Assembly (NCBI GenBank): GCA_007375725.1
Contig: VMEV01000007.1
Location: forward strand, 22,895-86,894
DNA: 64,000 nt
Reading direction: 5' to 3'
DNA from: Parcubacteria group bacterium Greene0416_36
Lineage (GTDB): Bacteria > Patescibacteriota > Patescibacteriia > VMEV01
Shown here: in pieces, positions 45,716-55,330 of the stretch
Layout of the letters: each line of letters begins with the position of its first letter
Numbering within the stretch: position 1 is the first letter of the stretch
Translations under genes and position numbers: made by a program
The notes under the pieces: model-generated
Told to the model about the DNA's origin: nothing
Databases searched by the model: none
The model's input: only the letters and a program-made list of their open reading frames with translations

Positions 45716-45944
45716 GGGTAGCTTGCCTTTTCCCCCCATTTCCATTAAATTAAAAACGTAAAAGTCTTTATTTTCATTTAACTCCAGGGAATCACCCTGG
45801 AACTTCTAAGGGGTTCTCGCTTCGGAAGAGGCCGGAACATTAGAGGTTAAAACCATTTGATACTGAAATTGGGTTATCGGAAGATAATCCGGTTCAACAT
45901 CAAAACAGCCTTCCCGACACACGGGAGACTGAATTTTTATTTAT

Positions 45945-47039
45945 ATGGCAGAACCAAAAATCTTTTCCTCCATGGAGGAAGTCATGAAAGATGAAAGTTT
46001 TTTTCAAATCCCCAAGGTCGGAGATATCGTCAAAGGAAAAGTCATTTCCGCATCCAAAAATGAAGTGCATATGGACATTGACGGTTTTCGAACCGGTATT
46101 GTCCGCGGATATGAAGTATTCGACGAATCCGGAGAATATTCCGATCTCACCGTCGGATCCGACGCCGAAGCCACCGTTCTCGAACTCGAAAATGAAAACG
46201 GCGAGATGGAACTCTCCTTCCTCAAAGCCGGACACCGAAAAGCATGGTCGCGCCTCGACGAAACCTTCAAAAAACGCGAAATCGTCCGCGTCAAAATCAC
46301 CAATGCCAACAAAGGCGGACTCATGGCTAAATACGGCAAAATCGTCGGATTCTTGCCTGTTTCTCAGCTCACGGCCGAGCACTATCCTCGCGTGGATGGC
46401 GGAGACAAGAGCAAGATTCTCGAAAAATTGAACAAACTCATCAATCAGGATCTCGAAGTCAAAATCATCGACGTATCCGAAACCGATGAAAAACTGATCT
46501 TCTCCGAAAAAGCCGCTTGGGAAGAGCGACAGCACAGCACCATCTCCAAATATAAAGTGGGAGACAATGTCGAAGGGAAAGTCAGCGGCATCGTGGATTT
46601 CGGAGTATTCGTCAAATTCGACGAAGGACTTGAGGGACTGGTCCACATCTCCGAACTCGCCTGGCAGCGCATCGACAATCCTCACGATATTCTCAAACTC
46701 GGAGACCGCATCAAGGCCGAAATCATCAATATCGAAGGATCCAAGATTTCCCTGTCAATCAAGAAACTCCAAGTGGATCCATGGAAAGAAGCGTCCAAAA
46801 AATACAAAGTAAGCCAAATGATTCAAGGAAAGGTCCTAAAAATCAACCCATTCGGACTCTTCGTCGAAGTGGACAAAGACATCCATGGACTGGCCCATGT
46901 ATCCGAACTCAAGAACAAAAAAGACGGCAAAAAACCACTCGCCGAGATCGCCAAAATCGGCGACACCCTCGAATTCAAGATCATCTCCATCGAACCCAAT
47001 GAACATCGCATGGGATTATCACTGAATATCGGGCAATAA
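45945..47039 (+). CDS. rpsA: 30S ribosomal protein S1 (four S1 domains)
   Basis: Repeated S1 OB-fold units (GDIVKGKVISASKNEVHMDIDGF..., VGDNVEGKVSGIVDFGVFVKF..., GDRIKAEIINIEGSKISLSIK..., QGKVLKINPFGLFVEV). Confidence 0.8.
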   Translation: MAEPKIFSSMEEVMKDESFFQIPKVGDIVKGKVISASKNEVHMDIDGFRTGIVRGYEVFDESGEYSDLTVGSDAEATVLELENENGEMELSFLKAGHRKAWSRLDETFKKREIVRVKITNANKGGLMAKYGKIVGFLPVSQLTAEHYPRVDGGDKSKILEKLNKLINQDLEVKIIDVSETDEKLIFSEKAAWEERQHSTISKYKVGDNVEGKVSGIVDFGVFVKFDEGLEGLVHISELAWQRIDNPHDILKLGDRIKAEIINIEGSKISLSIKKLQVDPWKEASKKYKVSQMIQGKVLKINPFGLFVEVDKDIHGLAHVSELKNKKDGKKPLAEIAKIGDTLEFKIISIEPNEHRMGLSLNIGQ

Positions 47040-47043
47040 AAAA

Positions 47044-47093
47044 ATATCAAAAAAGTAAGGGCGTATTGCAATACGCCCTTACTTTTTTGATAT
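47044..47093. terminator. bidirectional terminator of the GTAAGGGC family between convergent genes
   Basis: ATATCAAAAAAGTAAGGGCGTATTGCAATACGCCCTTACTTTTTTGATAT, a 50-nt perfect palindrome. Confidence 0.75.
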
Positions 47094-47102
47094 TTTTTTA
47101 AT

Positions 47103-48149
47103 TTAGAACTGCGCCCCGAAATTGAGAACCGAATACAGGTGCCACGGGGTTTCGCTGTCACCCGAGACCAGTCCCGAAGAAAAGCCGATGCCTACTTCCA
47201 AGAAATCCGCGCTCACCATATTTTTGTAGTGGTCCGGACTTGCCTTCCAGTTATTGAATAGGGACTGCACTAATTCGCGGGAGAGTTTGAGACTGCTCCC
47301 ATTGCTTTTGATAATGCCCAGATTTTCGCCCAGATGGGAAAAATTATAATTCTCGGCCAGCACGCGGCTGTCCACATGCGAGCCTTCGCGGGAGACATGA
47401 CTGAACCAATTATTGGCAAGCATATACTCGCCATATTTTTCCGCAGATTTCATCAGGCGGTCATTGAGAGCCAACGGCTTGGCGTCGGGCGGCCCCTCGA
47501 TGGCGCGCAAATCATTCACGAGGCTCAGCAGGAAAAAAACGAATTCCGAATGAGCCGAAAAAATATCGCCAATATCCTCCAAATAAATTCGGTTAGCCAA
47601 AAGATAATTGCGTTCTTCCGCAATAGGAGACCGGCCCAATTGGGCCACAAACGCGCTATCAATCGCGGTCATTCTCTCGTCTCTGGCATTCAGAAATTCC
47701 CGAATTTTCTCAAAAGGAGAGCGCGTCCGCACAAAAAACTCCAGCTCATCCGCCCGCGGTGCCCGGCCGATCAGCTTATTGTACAAATCCGAGAGAGCCA
47801 ATTGCCTTTCCTTAGACTCAAATAGATTTTTTCGAATCAAATTGTTCGGAGCCACGAATTTTTTGAGATTGGTAATCTCATCGGAACGAGGATTTCTCTT
47901 GAGCGCGCTCTGATAAATCCGCACGATGGCCGTATTCCGCTCCTCCACACCATTGAGAATTTTCTTCACGGCCTCTGGAGTGCGTCTAGCCCGCAATTGA
48001 GAATTCAACTCATCAGCAGATGGAAACCGATCCAGCATTTCTTGATACACCACTCGGATTAAATCCGAAGACGATTGTACAGCCAAGACCAAAATCGGAC
48101 TCACAAAAAATAGAAACAAGAAAAATAAGAAAAATAATTTGATACGCAT
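47103..48149 (-). CDS. secreted protein with four DUF4214-like repeats and a C-terminal CAP/SCP domain
   Basis: Signal peptide. Repeats IRVVYQEMLDRFPSADELNSQL, RIYQSALKRNPRSDEITNLKKFV, DLYNKLIGRAPRADELEFFV and DSAFVAQLGRSPIAEERNYLLAN. CAP motifs YGEYMLANNWFSHVSREGSH...NWKASPDHYKNMVSADFLEVGIGF. Confidence 0.65.
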   Translation of the reverse strand: MRIKLFFLFFLFLFFVSPILVLAVQSSSDLIRVVYQEMLDRFPSADELNSQLRARRTPEAVKKILNGVEERNTAIVRIYQSALKRNPRSDEITNLKKFVAPNNLIRKNLFESKERQLALSDLYNKLIGRAPRADELEFFVRTRSPFEKIREFLNARDERMTAIDSAFVAQLGRSPIAEERNYLLANRIYLEDIGDIFSAHSEFVFFLLSLVNDLRAIEGPPDAKPLALNDRLMKSAEKYGEYMLANNWFSHVSREGSHVDSRVLAENYNFSHLGENLGIIKSNGSSLKLSRELVQSLFNNWKASPDHYKNMVSADFLEVGIGFSSGLVSGDSETPWHLYSVLNFGAQF

Positions 48150-48209
48150 AAAACTTGAAAAAAAGCCTAATTTCAGTCTATACTAAAAAAGATATTTTTA
48201 AAACCAAGT

Positions 48210-50039
48210 ATGAAAAAAAATTCAATGATGACATTCGTTAGATTTCTCGTCTTATTCGCGGCCATTGCCTGGGTGTTCAGCCTGTATAAAGCTCCGGAAG
48301 ACAAAAAAAATACGGATATCGGCATAGCCTCTTTCATCTCGAAAATTGAAGCCGGAGAGGTCAAAACCATCCGAGTATCAGGAGATATTATCAATATTGA
48401 ACTCGCCGACGGAGAAAAAACTTCTTTCCAAAAAGAAGGACAAGACACGCTCTCCGACATCTTCAGCAACTATGGAGTCTCTCCGGACAAATTACGGACT
48501 CTCGATATTGTCACGGAAAAAGAATCCTCTCTCGCCTATTGGACCGGCATCATTCTCCCGTTCCTGCTTCCATTCCTCCTCGTCCTTTTTTTCCTCTTCA
48601 TCATGCTCCGCCAAGTGCAGGGAGCCAATAACAAAGCCATGATGTTCGGACAGTCCGCGGCCCGAGAGATACACAAAAAGAAAGACGGCATCACATTCAA
48701 AGACGTAGCCGGCGCGCATGAAGCTAAGGAGGAACTCCGAGAAGTCGTGGAATTCCTGACCAATCCCAAAAAGTTCATCGATATGGGCGCCAAGGTTCCC
48801 CGAGGAGTACTCCTTATGGGATCTCCCGGAACCGGAAAAACCTTGCTCGCCAAAGCGGTTGCCGGAGAAGCGAATGTCCCCTTTTTTTCCATCTCCGGCT
48901 CAGAATTTGTGGAGATGTTCGTGGGCGTGGGAGCTTCCCGTGTCCGAGACTTATTCAAAAAAGCGAAGAAAAACTCTCCGTGCATTATTTTTATCGATGA
49001 GATTGACGCCGTGGGAAGACAGCGGGGCTCCGGACTCGGAGGGTCGCACGACGAACGCGAACAAACCCTCAACCAAATCTTGGTGGAAATGGACGGTTTT
49101 GACACGGAAACCAATGTCATCATCATCGCCGCCACCAACCGCCCCGATGTTCTCGACCCCGCGCTCCTGCGCCCCGGCCGATTTGATCGCCGAGTGGTTC
49201 TCGACTTGCCCGATATCAAAGCCCGCGAAGAAATATTGGTCGTGCACGCGGCCAATAAGCCTATTGACCCCTCGGTAAAACTCTCCCAAATCGCCTACCG
49301 AACCCCCGGATTTTCCGGCGCGGATCTGGCGAATCTGCTCAATGAGGCCGCAATTCTCGCTGCCCGGCAGAATAAGAGTAAAATCACGACCGAACACATT
49401 CTCACCAGCATCGAGAAAGTCATGCTCGGCCCCGAACGAAAAACGTCCCTCCTGTCTCCAAAAGAAAAAGAAATCACCGCCTATCATGAGGCTGGCCATG
49501 CTCTCGTCGCGCATTACTTGCCCGGCACCGATCCAGTGCAAAAAGTCTCCGTGATTTCCCGCGGACGCGCCGCCGGATACACCCTCAAAATGCCCGAAAT
49601 CGACAAACACCTGCACTCGCGAACCGAATTCATATCGGATTTGGCGGTCATGGTCGCCGGACACACGGCGGAAAAAGAAGTATTCGGAGAAGTCACCACT
49701 GGAGCCTCCAATGATCTCCAAAAAGTCACCATGCTGGCCCGAAAACTGATCACCGAATACGGCATGGCAGCGCGTCTCACCCCCCGATCCTACGGCCACA
49801 AAGAAGAAATGATCTTTTTGGGAAGAGAGATCACCGAACAGCGGGATTACTCCGAAAAAACCGCACAGGCCATTGATGAAGAAATGGATACTTTCATTTC
49901 AGAAGCTTTCAAATCAGCCTACAAGATTATTACTTCCAAGCGTGATATACTCAATAAAGTCGCAGCCGCTCTCGTAGACCACGAGACTCTTGAAAAATCC
50001 GAATTTGAAGCCATTGCCGGCCCCAAAAAAGTACTATAA
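48210..50039 (+). CDS. ftsH: ATP-dependent zinc metalloprotease FtsH
   Basis: Two TM helices. AAA motifs [13 protein letters not shown] and IIFIDEIDA. Zn site HEAGHAL. Confidence 0.95.
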   Translation: MKKNSMMTFVRFLVLFAAIAWVFSLYKAPEDKKNTDIGIASFISKIEAGEVKTIRVSGDIINIELADGEKTSFQKEGQDTLSDIFSNYGVSPDKLRTLDIVTEKESSLAYWTGIILPFLLPFLLVLFFLFIMLRQVQGANNKAMMFGQSAAREIHKKKDGITFKDVAGAHEAKEELREVVEFLTNPKKFIDMGAKVPRGVLLMGSPGTGKTLLAKAVAGEANVPFFSISGSEFVEMFVGVGASRVRDLFKKAKKNSPCIIFIDEIDAVGRQRGSGLGGSHDEREQTLNQILVEMDGFDTETNVIIIAATNRPDVLDPALLRPGRFDRRVVLDLPDIKAREEILVVHAANKPIDPSVKLSQIAYRTPGFSGADLANLLNEAAILAARQNKSKITTEHILTSIEKVMLGPERKTSLLSPKEKEITAYHEAGHALVAHYLPGTDPVQKVSVISRGRAAGYTLKMPEIDKHLHSRTEFISDLAVMVAGHTAEKEVFGEVTTGASNDLQKVTMLARKLITEYGMAARLTPRSYGHKEEMIFLGREITEQRDYSEKTAQAIDEEMDTFISEAFKSAYKIITSKRDILNKVAAALVDHETLEKSEFEAIAGPKKVL

Positions 50040-50056
50040 TCATTAGTTCGCCTCAC

Positions 50057-50968
50057 ATGAAAGATATTCTTTCTTTTTTCCGTCAGTGCTTCCTGTTCAC
50101 CTTGGGCAATCCCGTGCTCGCATTTTTAGCCCTAGTTTCCTCACTCTTGGCCGCTCTCCCTTTTTGGGGCGGATGGAGCTTTTTGTCGCCTCATATCCCC
50201 CTAACACAATCGTCAATTTGGAGCGCGCTTTATGAATCCTGGGGAGTGCTCTCGGCCATAGTCCCGATACTATGGACCCATGAGCCGCAAACCGTTCTCC
50301 AATATGGCATCCTTTTGGCCGCCGCACTTTTGCTGATCCTGTTATTCATTTGGCTGGCGATACTCTGCCAAGGCACGCTAGTCTATTTCCTTAGTTATTT
50401 TCCCGCAATCAGCTTGCGCGAGGCCCTCACCCAAAGCGCCAAGAAACTATCTCCTCTCATATTGGTCAATCTAATAGCCCTGATCACTTATCTACTCCTC
50501 TTAGAAATACATTTCCCGATCTACTTGATCATCAATGAATTATCCAACCAACTATTAAGCCTTCCTCTCTCTTATCTCTGGAATATTTTATTCTTCTGTC
50601 TATCCTCGATTTGTTCACTGGTGGCAATTTTCGCCCTACATAGAGTGTGTACAGAAAATCAACCCGCCATCACATCGCTGATCACCGCCGCCCGGATGGT
50701 CAAAAATAATCTGCGAGATATATTTAAAATTCTCTTCGCTCTCTTAGGCGGGAAATTAATGATTGCGATTCTGGCTTCAGTCTTATTCGCTCTTCTCTCT
50801 TTCACGATCGGAATATTCATCACCTTACTGGGTCTAGCCGGAATCGGAAAAATACTGCTCTATCTGCTCATAGCCGCTATCAGCATTCTTGTCATCATCC
50901 TTTACTCATTCCTCTTGGCATTTGAATGGATCGTATGGAGCGCCATATACAAAAAATGCAAACTCTAG
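50057..50968 (+). CDS. polytopic membrane protein, hypothetical
   Basis: 303 aa with 6-8 hydrophobic helices and no T2SS-F/PilC motifs. Confidence 0.5.
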   Translation: MKDILSFFRQCFLFTLGNPVLAFLALVSSLLAALPFWGGWSFLSPHIPLTQSSIWSALYESWGVLSAIVPILWTHEPQTVLQYGILLAAALLLILLFIWLAILCQGTLVYFLSYFPAISLREALTQSAKKLSPLILVNLIALITYLLLLEIHFPIYLIINELSNQLLSLPLSYLWNILFFCLSSICSLVAIFALHRVCTENQPAITSLITAARMVKNNLRDIFKILFALLGGKLMIAILASVLFALLSFTIGIFITLLGLAGIGKILLYLLIAAISILVIILYSFLLAFEWIVWSAIYKKCKL

Positions 50969-51009
50969 CCAAAGCCTCATAAAATTTACGGCTTTTAATA
51001 AAAGAAAAT

Positions 51010-52788
51010 ATGGGAGACATGGGACCCACCATTGGAGATTTGATCAAGCGCTCCAAAACCCAAGGCGCTTCTACCGCGACTCCAGTCCCGGCCAAAAAAC
51101 CTACGGCCGAGGACTATGAAACCGTATTAGGACAGTTTGACCTCAAAATGAGAGATATCAAACTATTAGAAGACGAAAAAATTACCGCGCAAAAAGCGCT
51201 GGCGATGGGGGTTTATTATATCAATCTCGCGCAGTACGGCGTTTCTCCAGAAGCACTGGGGTCCATTCCAGAAGAGGAAGCCGCTCGTCTCCAAACCGCC
51301 TGTTTTTTCAAAGATCTCAAGAAAATCAAGCTCGCATCGCTTCACCCGGATAGCGAGGATGTAGCAGATCTGGCTTTTCGCCTCAAGGAAGAATTTTATG
51401 TCGACACGGTCGAACTTTTTTTAATCTCCAAAAATAGTTTTGACAAATTATTCATCCAATACAAAAATCTCCCCAAAATCAAAGCCGCGGTCAAAGGCAT
51501 TGAAATAACCGAGACGGATCTGGCCAAATTCACCAGAGAGCTCAAGATGCTCAAGGATCTCCAGTCTCACATAAAAAAGGCTTCAGTTTCAGAAATCGTC
51601 ACCGCCATGATTGCCCTAGCCCTTCAAATCCGTTCCTCCGACGTACATATCGAAGCCGAAGAGAAAGACGTCAAAATCCGCTACCGCATCGACGGCATGC
51701 TCAATGAAGCCGCGTCTCTGGCCAAAGAAATCTGGCCTCGCATCACGTCGAGAATCAAGCTCCTCTCCGGACTCAAACTCAATATCGAAAATAAACCGCA
51801 AGACGGCCGGTTCACCATTTTCCTCTCGGCTGACAAAGTGGATGTCCGCGTATCCGTGATCCCCACCACCTTTGGCGAAAGCATAGTAATGCGACTCCTC
51901 CGCTCCTCCGCGGCCGGACTGGCTTTCGAAGATTTGGGAATCAAGGGCATTGCCTACGAGGAACTCAAACGGGAAACGGAAAAGCCTCACGGCATGATCA
52001 TCACGACCGGGCCCACGGGATCCGGCAAAACCACCACCCTCTACGCCATTCTCAATAAACTTAATAGCCCCGAGAATAAAATCATCACGCTCGAAGATCC
52101 GGTTGAATACAAACTCGCCGGCATCAACCAGAGCCAGATCGACCACTCGAAGGGTTACAATTTCGCCGACGGCCTCCGGTCCATCCTCCGCCAAGATCCC
52201 GATATCGTGATGGTCGGTGAAATACGCGATCTCGAAACCGCCGAGGTCTCCATCAATGCCGCCATGACCGGCCACCTAGTCGTCTCCACCCTCCACACCA
52301 ACAGCGCGGCCGGCGCCATCCCCCGATTCATCTCAATGGGGGTCAAGGGATTTCTGCTCTCTCCCGCCCTCAATGCCATCATTGGCCAGCGGCTGGTGCG
52401 ACGCATTTGCCCTCACTGCGCGTCCGCGGATCTTTCGGTGACGGACGAAAGACTCGGACAAATCCGAGAGCTCCTCGCTGCTATTTCTCCCAAAGCCGGA
52501 ATCAAAATCGATCCGGCCTCTATCGAAAAACAATCTTTTTCACGGGGTACCGGATGCGAAAACTGCCATGGCATCGGGTACAAGGGCCGCATCGGCATCT
52601 ATGAAATCCTCACCATGAACAAAGATATCGAAGATGCCATCTCGCAAAACAAAATCTCCGAATACATTATCGAAGAAATTGGCATCCGCCACGGCATGGT
52701 GACCATGATCCAAGACGGCCTGCTGAAGGCCCTTGACCGTATCACAACGATTGAAGAGGTGTTTAGGGTGTCAAAGACGTTGTCGTAA
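51010..52788 (+). CDS. pilB: type II secretion / type IV pilus assembly ATPase (GspE/PilB family)
   Basis: N-terminal GSPII_E-N-like domain. Walker A GPTGSGKTTTLYA. Asp and His boxes. C-terminal tetracysteine CPHC...CENCHGIGYKGRIGIYE. Confidence 0.9.
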   Translation: MGDMGPTIGDLIKRSKTQGASTATPVPAKKPTAEDYETVLGQFDLKMRDIKLLEDEKITAQKALAMGVYYINLAQYGVSPEALGSIPEEEAARLQTACFFKDLKKIKLASLHPDSEDVADLAFRLKEEFYVDTVELFLISKNSFDKLFIQYKNLPKIKAAVKGIEITETDLAKFTRELKMLKDLQSHIKKASVSEIVTAMIALALQIRSSDVHIEAEEKDVKIRYRIDGMLNEAASLAKEIWPRITSRIKLLSGLKLNIENKPQDGRFTIFLSADKVDVRVSVIPTTFGESIVMRLLRSSAAGLAFEDLGIKGIAYEELKRETEKPHGMIITTGPTGSGKTTTLYAILNKLNSPENKIITLEDPVEYKLAGINQSQIDHSKGYNFADGLRSILRQDPDIVMVGEIRDLETAEVSINAAMTGHLVVSTLHTNSAAGAIPRFISMGVKGFLLSPALNAIIGQRLVRRICPHCASADLSVTDERLGQIRELLAAISPKAGIKIDPASIEKQSFSRGTGCENCHGIGYKGRIGIYEILTMNKDIEDAISQNKISEYIIEEIGIRHGMVTMIQDGLLKALDRITTIEEVFRVSKTLS

Positions 52789-53422
52789 GCAGCTCCTCCT
52801 CCACCTCGCGGCCGATCTCTCCGACGCGCCCCAAATTATCGCCAACTTGGCCTAATTTTTCAGCCAGAACCATTCCGATTTGGCGGGATACAAGTTCCCA
52901 TTTATCGGTCGTATAAACTCCTTCCCGAAATTCCGACTGCTGCGCGACGGGCAGATTTTCCATGACTTTGCCCAAATAAACACGTCCCCGTGAAACAAAA
53001 TCCGCGAAATCATGCGATAAATTTTTCCATTTTTCAGTATCTTTAATCGTTTCGACCACTTCGCCGGCCGCATCGACTCTCTGGTTATAGTCCCTCACTA
53101 AATCCTTGGCCTCCTCGATATTATTATCAGACAATAAAGCATTTATTTCATCCAGACGCTTTTTGGCGAGCCTAATGTCTCTCGTTGCCTGCGAGATATT
53201 ATCAACCGTCACCACATCCCCCAACCACTCCCAAACCCTCTTGGCGCCATACAGCACCGAGTCCGCGCCAATCACTGGCTCGGAGAGAAAATCTTTGGCG
53301 GAAACTGGAATAGCCTCCACAATTGTCTTTTTAGATTCAGCAGACTCCTCTTGCGCCAAAGATGGCAAAACAGAAATCAACCACAAAAAAGAAATAAGTA
53401 AAAAAGTAAATATTTTTGACAT
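52763..53422 (-). CDS. secreted hypothetical protein
   Basis: Signal peptide MSKIFTFLLISFLWLISVLPSLAQE. Helical repeat-rich. Its 3' end overlaps pilB convergently by about 26 nt. Confidence 0.45.
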   Translation of the reverse strand: MSKIFTFLLISFLWLISVLPSLAQEESAESKKTIVEAIPVSAKDFLSEPVIGADSVLYGAKRVWEWLGDVVTVDNISQATRDIRLAKKRLDEINALLSDNNIEEAKDLVRDYNQRVDAAGEVVETIKDTEKWKNLSHDFADFVSRGRVYLGKVMENLPVAQQSEFREGVYTTDKWELVSRQIGMVLAEKLGQVGDNLGRVGEIGREVEEELLTTTSLTP

Positions 53423-53476
53423 ATCAACAAAATTTTAAAACCGCGCATTCATACTATTATAAAATATCCCAAACGA

Positions 53477-53508
53477 AAAATCTTCACTGTATTGGGGTGA
53501 AGATTTTT
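53477..53508 (-). terminator. rho-independent terminator after tRNA-Glu
   Basis: AAAATCTTCACTGTATTGGGGTGAAGATTTT. Confidence 0.6.
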
Positions 53509-53522
53509 CGCACTAAAACCGA

Positions 53523-53597
53523 TGGTACCCCCACGGAGAATCGAACTCCGATTCTCAGATTGAAAATCTGGTGTCCTAACCATTAGACGATGAGGGC
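53523..53597 (-). tRNA. tRNA-Glu (anticodon TTC), CCA encoded
   Basis: Reverse complement GCCCTCATCGTCTAATGGTTAGGACACCAGATTTTCAATCTGAGAATCGGAGTTCGATTCTCCGTGGGGGTACCA. Acceptor stem has G1-U72 and U5-G68 wobble pairs. Anticodon loop TTTTCAA read as UUC; the 27-43 pair is mismatched. Confidence 0.7.
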
Positions 53598-53740
53598 GGA
53601 AAACAATTCAAAATTAAAAATGAAGAATGAAGAATAGAACAGCCGAAAGCGCCAAACTGATTCCAAGATTAGTATTTTCGGCATTAGTTGTCAATTTGCC
53701 AATCCATACATACAATAGTATAAATATTCGCCTTATTTTT

Positions 53741-54322
53741 ATGACCACCACCCTCTATCTCGTCCGTCACGGAAGCGTCAAAAATCCCGGAAACCGCGTG
53801 TATTGGGACGGGGTGGCGCTGAACCGAAATGGGCAGATGCAGGCGCGAAAAATGGGTGATTATTTGGCCGGCAAAAAAATCCGCCGGATCATCACCAGCC
53901 CCTTCCGCCGAACTCTCGAAACTGCCCGCCTCATCGCCGACCGAATCCCCGATTCTCCTGCCATTTTGACATCCAAACCCCTCGGCGAAGTCCCCTGGGC
54001 CAAAGACTGGGGCGGCAAAAAACGCACCGACATCGCCCTCTGGAGCGTCTATCGCGATCATCCTGAGAGGCTCTCCCGCCACGGCATCTCCATCGAATCC
54101 GTCGCCGATCGTATCCGCGCCTTCGCCGAAACCCTTCTCTCCCGCTACCCCAGCCAAAACCTCGTCCTCGTCTCCCACGGCGACATCATCAAATCCCTCC
54201 ACTGGAACCTCATGCGCGCCCCCCTCCGCGACTTCCACCGATATGGAATCAATAAAGGAGAAGGACTGGCGCTTATTTTTGAGGGGAAGAGATTGAAGAG
54301 AAAAAGGTTGGTGGTGATGTAG
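53741..54322 (+). CDS. histidine phosphatase (phosphoglycerate mutase) family protein
   Basis: LYLVRHG catalytic RHG motif from the ATG at 53741. SHGDIIKSL near the C-terminus. The listed longer ORF adds 38 unlikely residues. Confidence 0.75.
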   Translation: MTTTLYLVRHGSVKNPGNRVYWDGVALNRNGQMQARKMGDYLAGKKIRRIITSPFRRTLETARLIADRIPDSPAILTSKPLGEVPWAKDWGGKKRTDIALWSVYRDHPERLSRHGISIESVADRIRAFAETLLSRYPSQNLVLVSHGDIIKSLHWNLMRAPLRDFHRYGINKGEGLALIFEGKRLKRKRLVVM

Positions 54323-54540
54323 AAGAATAATCTTAATAAACTAAAATAATCCCGATTTTTTTATCTTAAAATAAGGCAAATCAATATTTTTATCTATACT
54401 CTTAAGAGTTCTCTAATAAAAAAATTGCCTTAAAATAGCTAATAATAGCACATTACACGAACTAGAAAGGGCTAAACGATTGACTTTTTATTTATTTTTC
54501 TTTATACTTGTATTAAATACACTACCTAAAAGTATTTATT

Positions 54541-55257
54541 ATGTTGGAGAATCCTAACCCTCAAATGCCATCAAAGGCAATTCCAGATAGAGCACAAAAT
54601 CCTTTTATTGCAACGGATTCAGTCATTTTTCATGCATTAAAAGGAAAACTTTATATTCCCTTATTGCAACTAAAGCATCCTCCTTATCAGGGTATGTGGA
54701 AGTTGATTGGAGGTTTAATTTCACTGGATCAATCCATTGAGAGTTCAGTAATTCAGCAGATCGAAAACAAAACGAATATTCAAAAACAAAATTTCATCAT
54801 TGATCAGGTCTATACATTCGGAGAAGTTAATCGAGATATAGAAAAACACAGTATCTCTATTGTCTATTTAGCACTGACACACCAGATGTGGCCTTTGAAA
54901 AACTCGCAACATGATATGACCGTGAAATGGTTCCCGATAACAGAACTACCACCTTTAGCTTATGATCATGAAAAAATCATCAAATTCACTATCGGCCGAT
55001 TACAAGCAAAAGTAAGATCCAGCAATATTATTCAAGGATTGTTACCTGAAGAATTCACGCTCACTGAACTCCAGCAAGTCTATGAAACCGTGCTCGACAA
55101 AACGATTGATAAAAGAAATTTTAGAAAGAAAATTTCTTCTATGAATATCGTGGAATCGCTCAAGAAAAAAAAGACGGGCATGCAAAATCGCCCCGCTGAA
55201 TTGTACCGTTTTATAAGCAAACAAATAGAAACTATCGAATTATTCTCACGCCAATAA
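54541..55257 (+). CDS. nrtR: NrtR-like regulator (degenerate Nudix domain plus C-terminal winged-helix)
   Basis: Nudix fold with a degenerate box (GGLISLDQSIESSVIQQIENKTNI) and a basic helical C-terminus (FTLTELQQVYETVLDKTIDKRNFRKKI). Sits immediately upstream of an NMN/NaMN adenylyltransferase gene. Confidence 0.55.
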   Translation: MLENPNPQMPSKAIPDRAQNPFIATDSVIFHALKGKLYIPLLQLKHPPYQGMWKLIGGLISLDQSIESSVIQQIENKTNIQKQNFIIDQVYTFGEVNRDIEKHSISIVYLALTHQMWPLKNSQHDMTVKWFPITELPPLAYDHEKIIKFTIGRLQAKVRSSNIIQGLLPEEFTLTELQQVYETVLDKTIDKRNFRKKISSMNIVESLKKKKTGMQNRPAELYRFISKQIETIELFSRQ

Positions 55258-55303
55258 ACGATTTATTTTTTTAATTTTTAGAAAAATAAATTGTGTATTG
55301 ATT

Positions 55304-55317
55304 TTGTAATTTTACAA
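55304..55317. promoter_or_regulatory. candidate NrtR operator TTGTAA-TT-TTACAA upstream of nadD
   Basis: 6-bp inverted arms with a 2-bp spacer, about 14 nt upstream of the AAAGGAG RBS of the 55331 gene. Confidence 0.3.
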
Positions 55318-55330
55318 AAAGGAGAAAAAA

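Noticed and set aside
48536-49799. Long minus-strand ORFs inside ftsH and plus-strand ORFs inside valS, VanW and rpsA
   Set aside because: These are antisense to unambiguous housekeeping genes. Their compositionally biased translations are typical of shadow frames.
50057-52788. A type IV pilus operon around pilB
   Set aside because: Only the ATPase is present. The upstream membrane protein lacks the PilC/T2SS-F signature, and no pilin, PilM/N/O/Q or PilT genes are in the window.
53523-53597. Alternative anticodon assignments for the minus-strand tRNA at 53523-53597
   Set aside because: A 5-nt loop model would give no canonical anticodon. The 7-nt loop UUUUCAA with U33 and A37 gives UUC (Glu). 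This is kept at moderate confidence because the 27-43 pair is mismatched.
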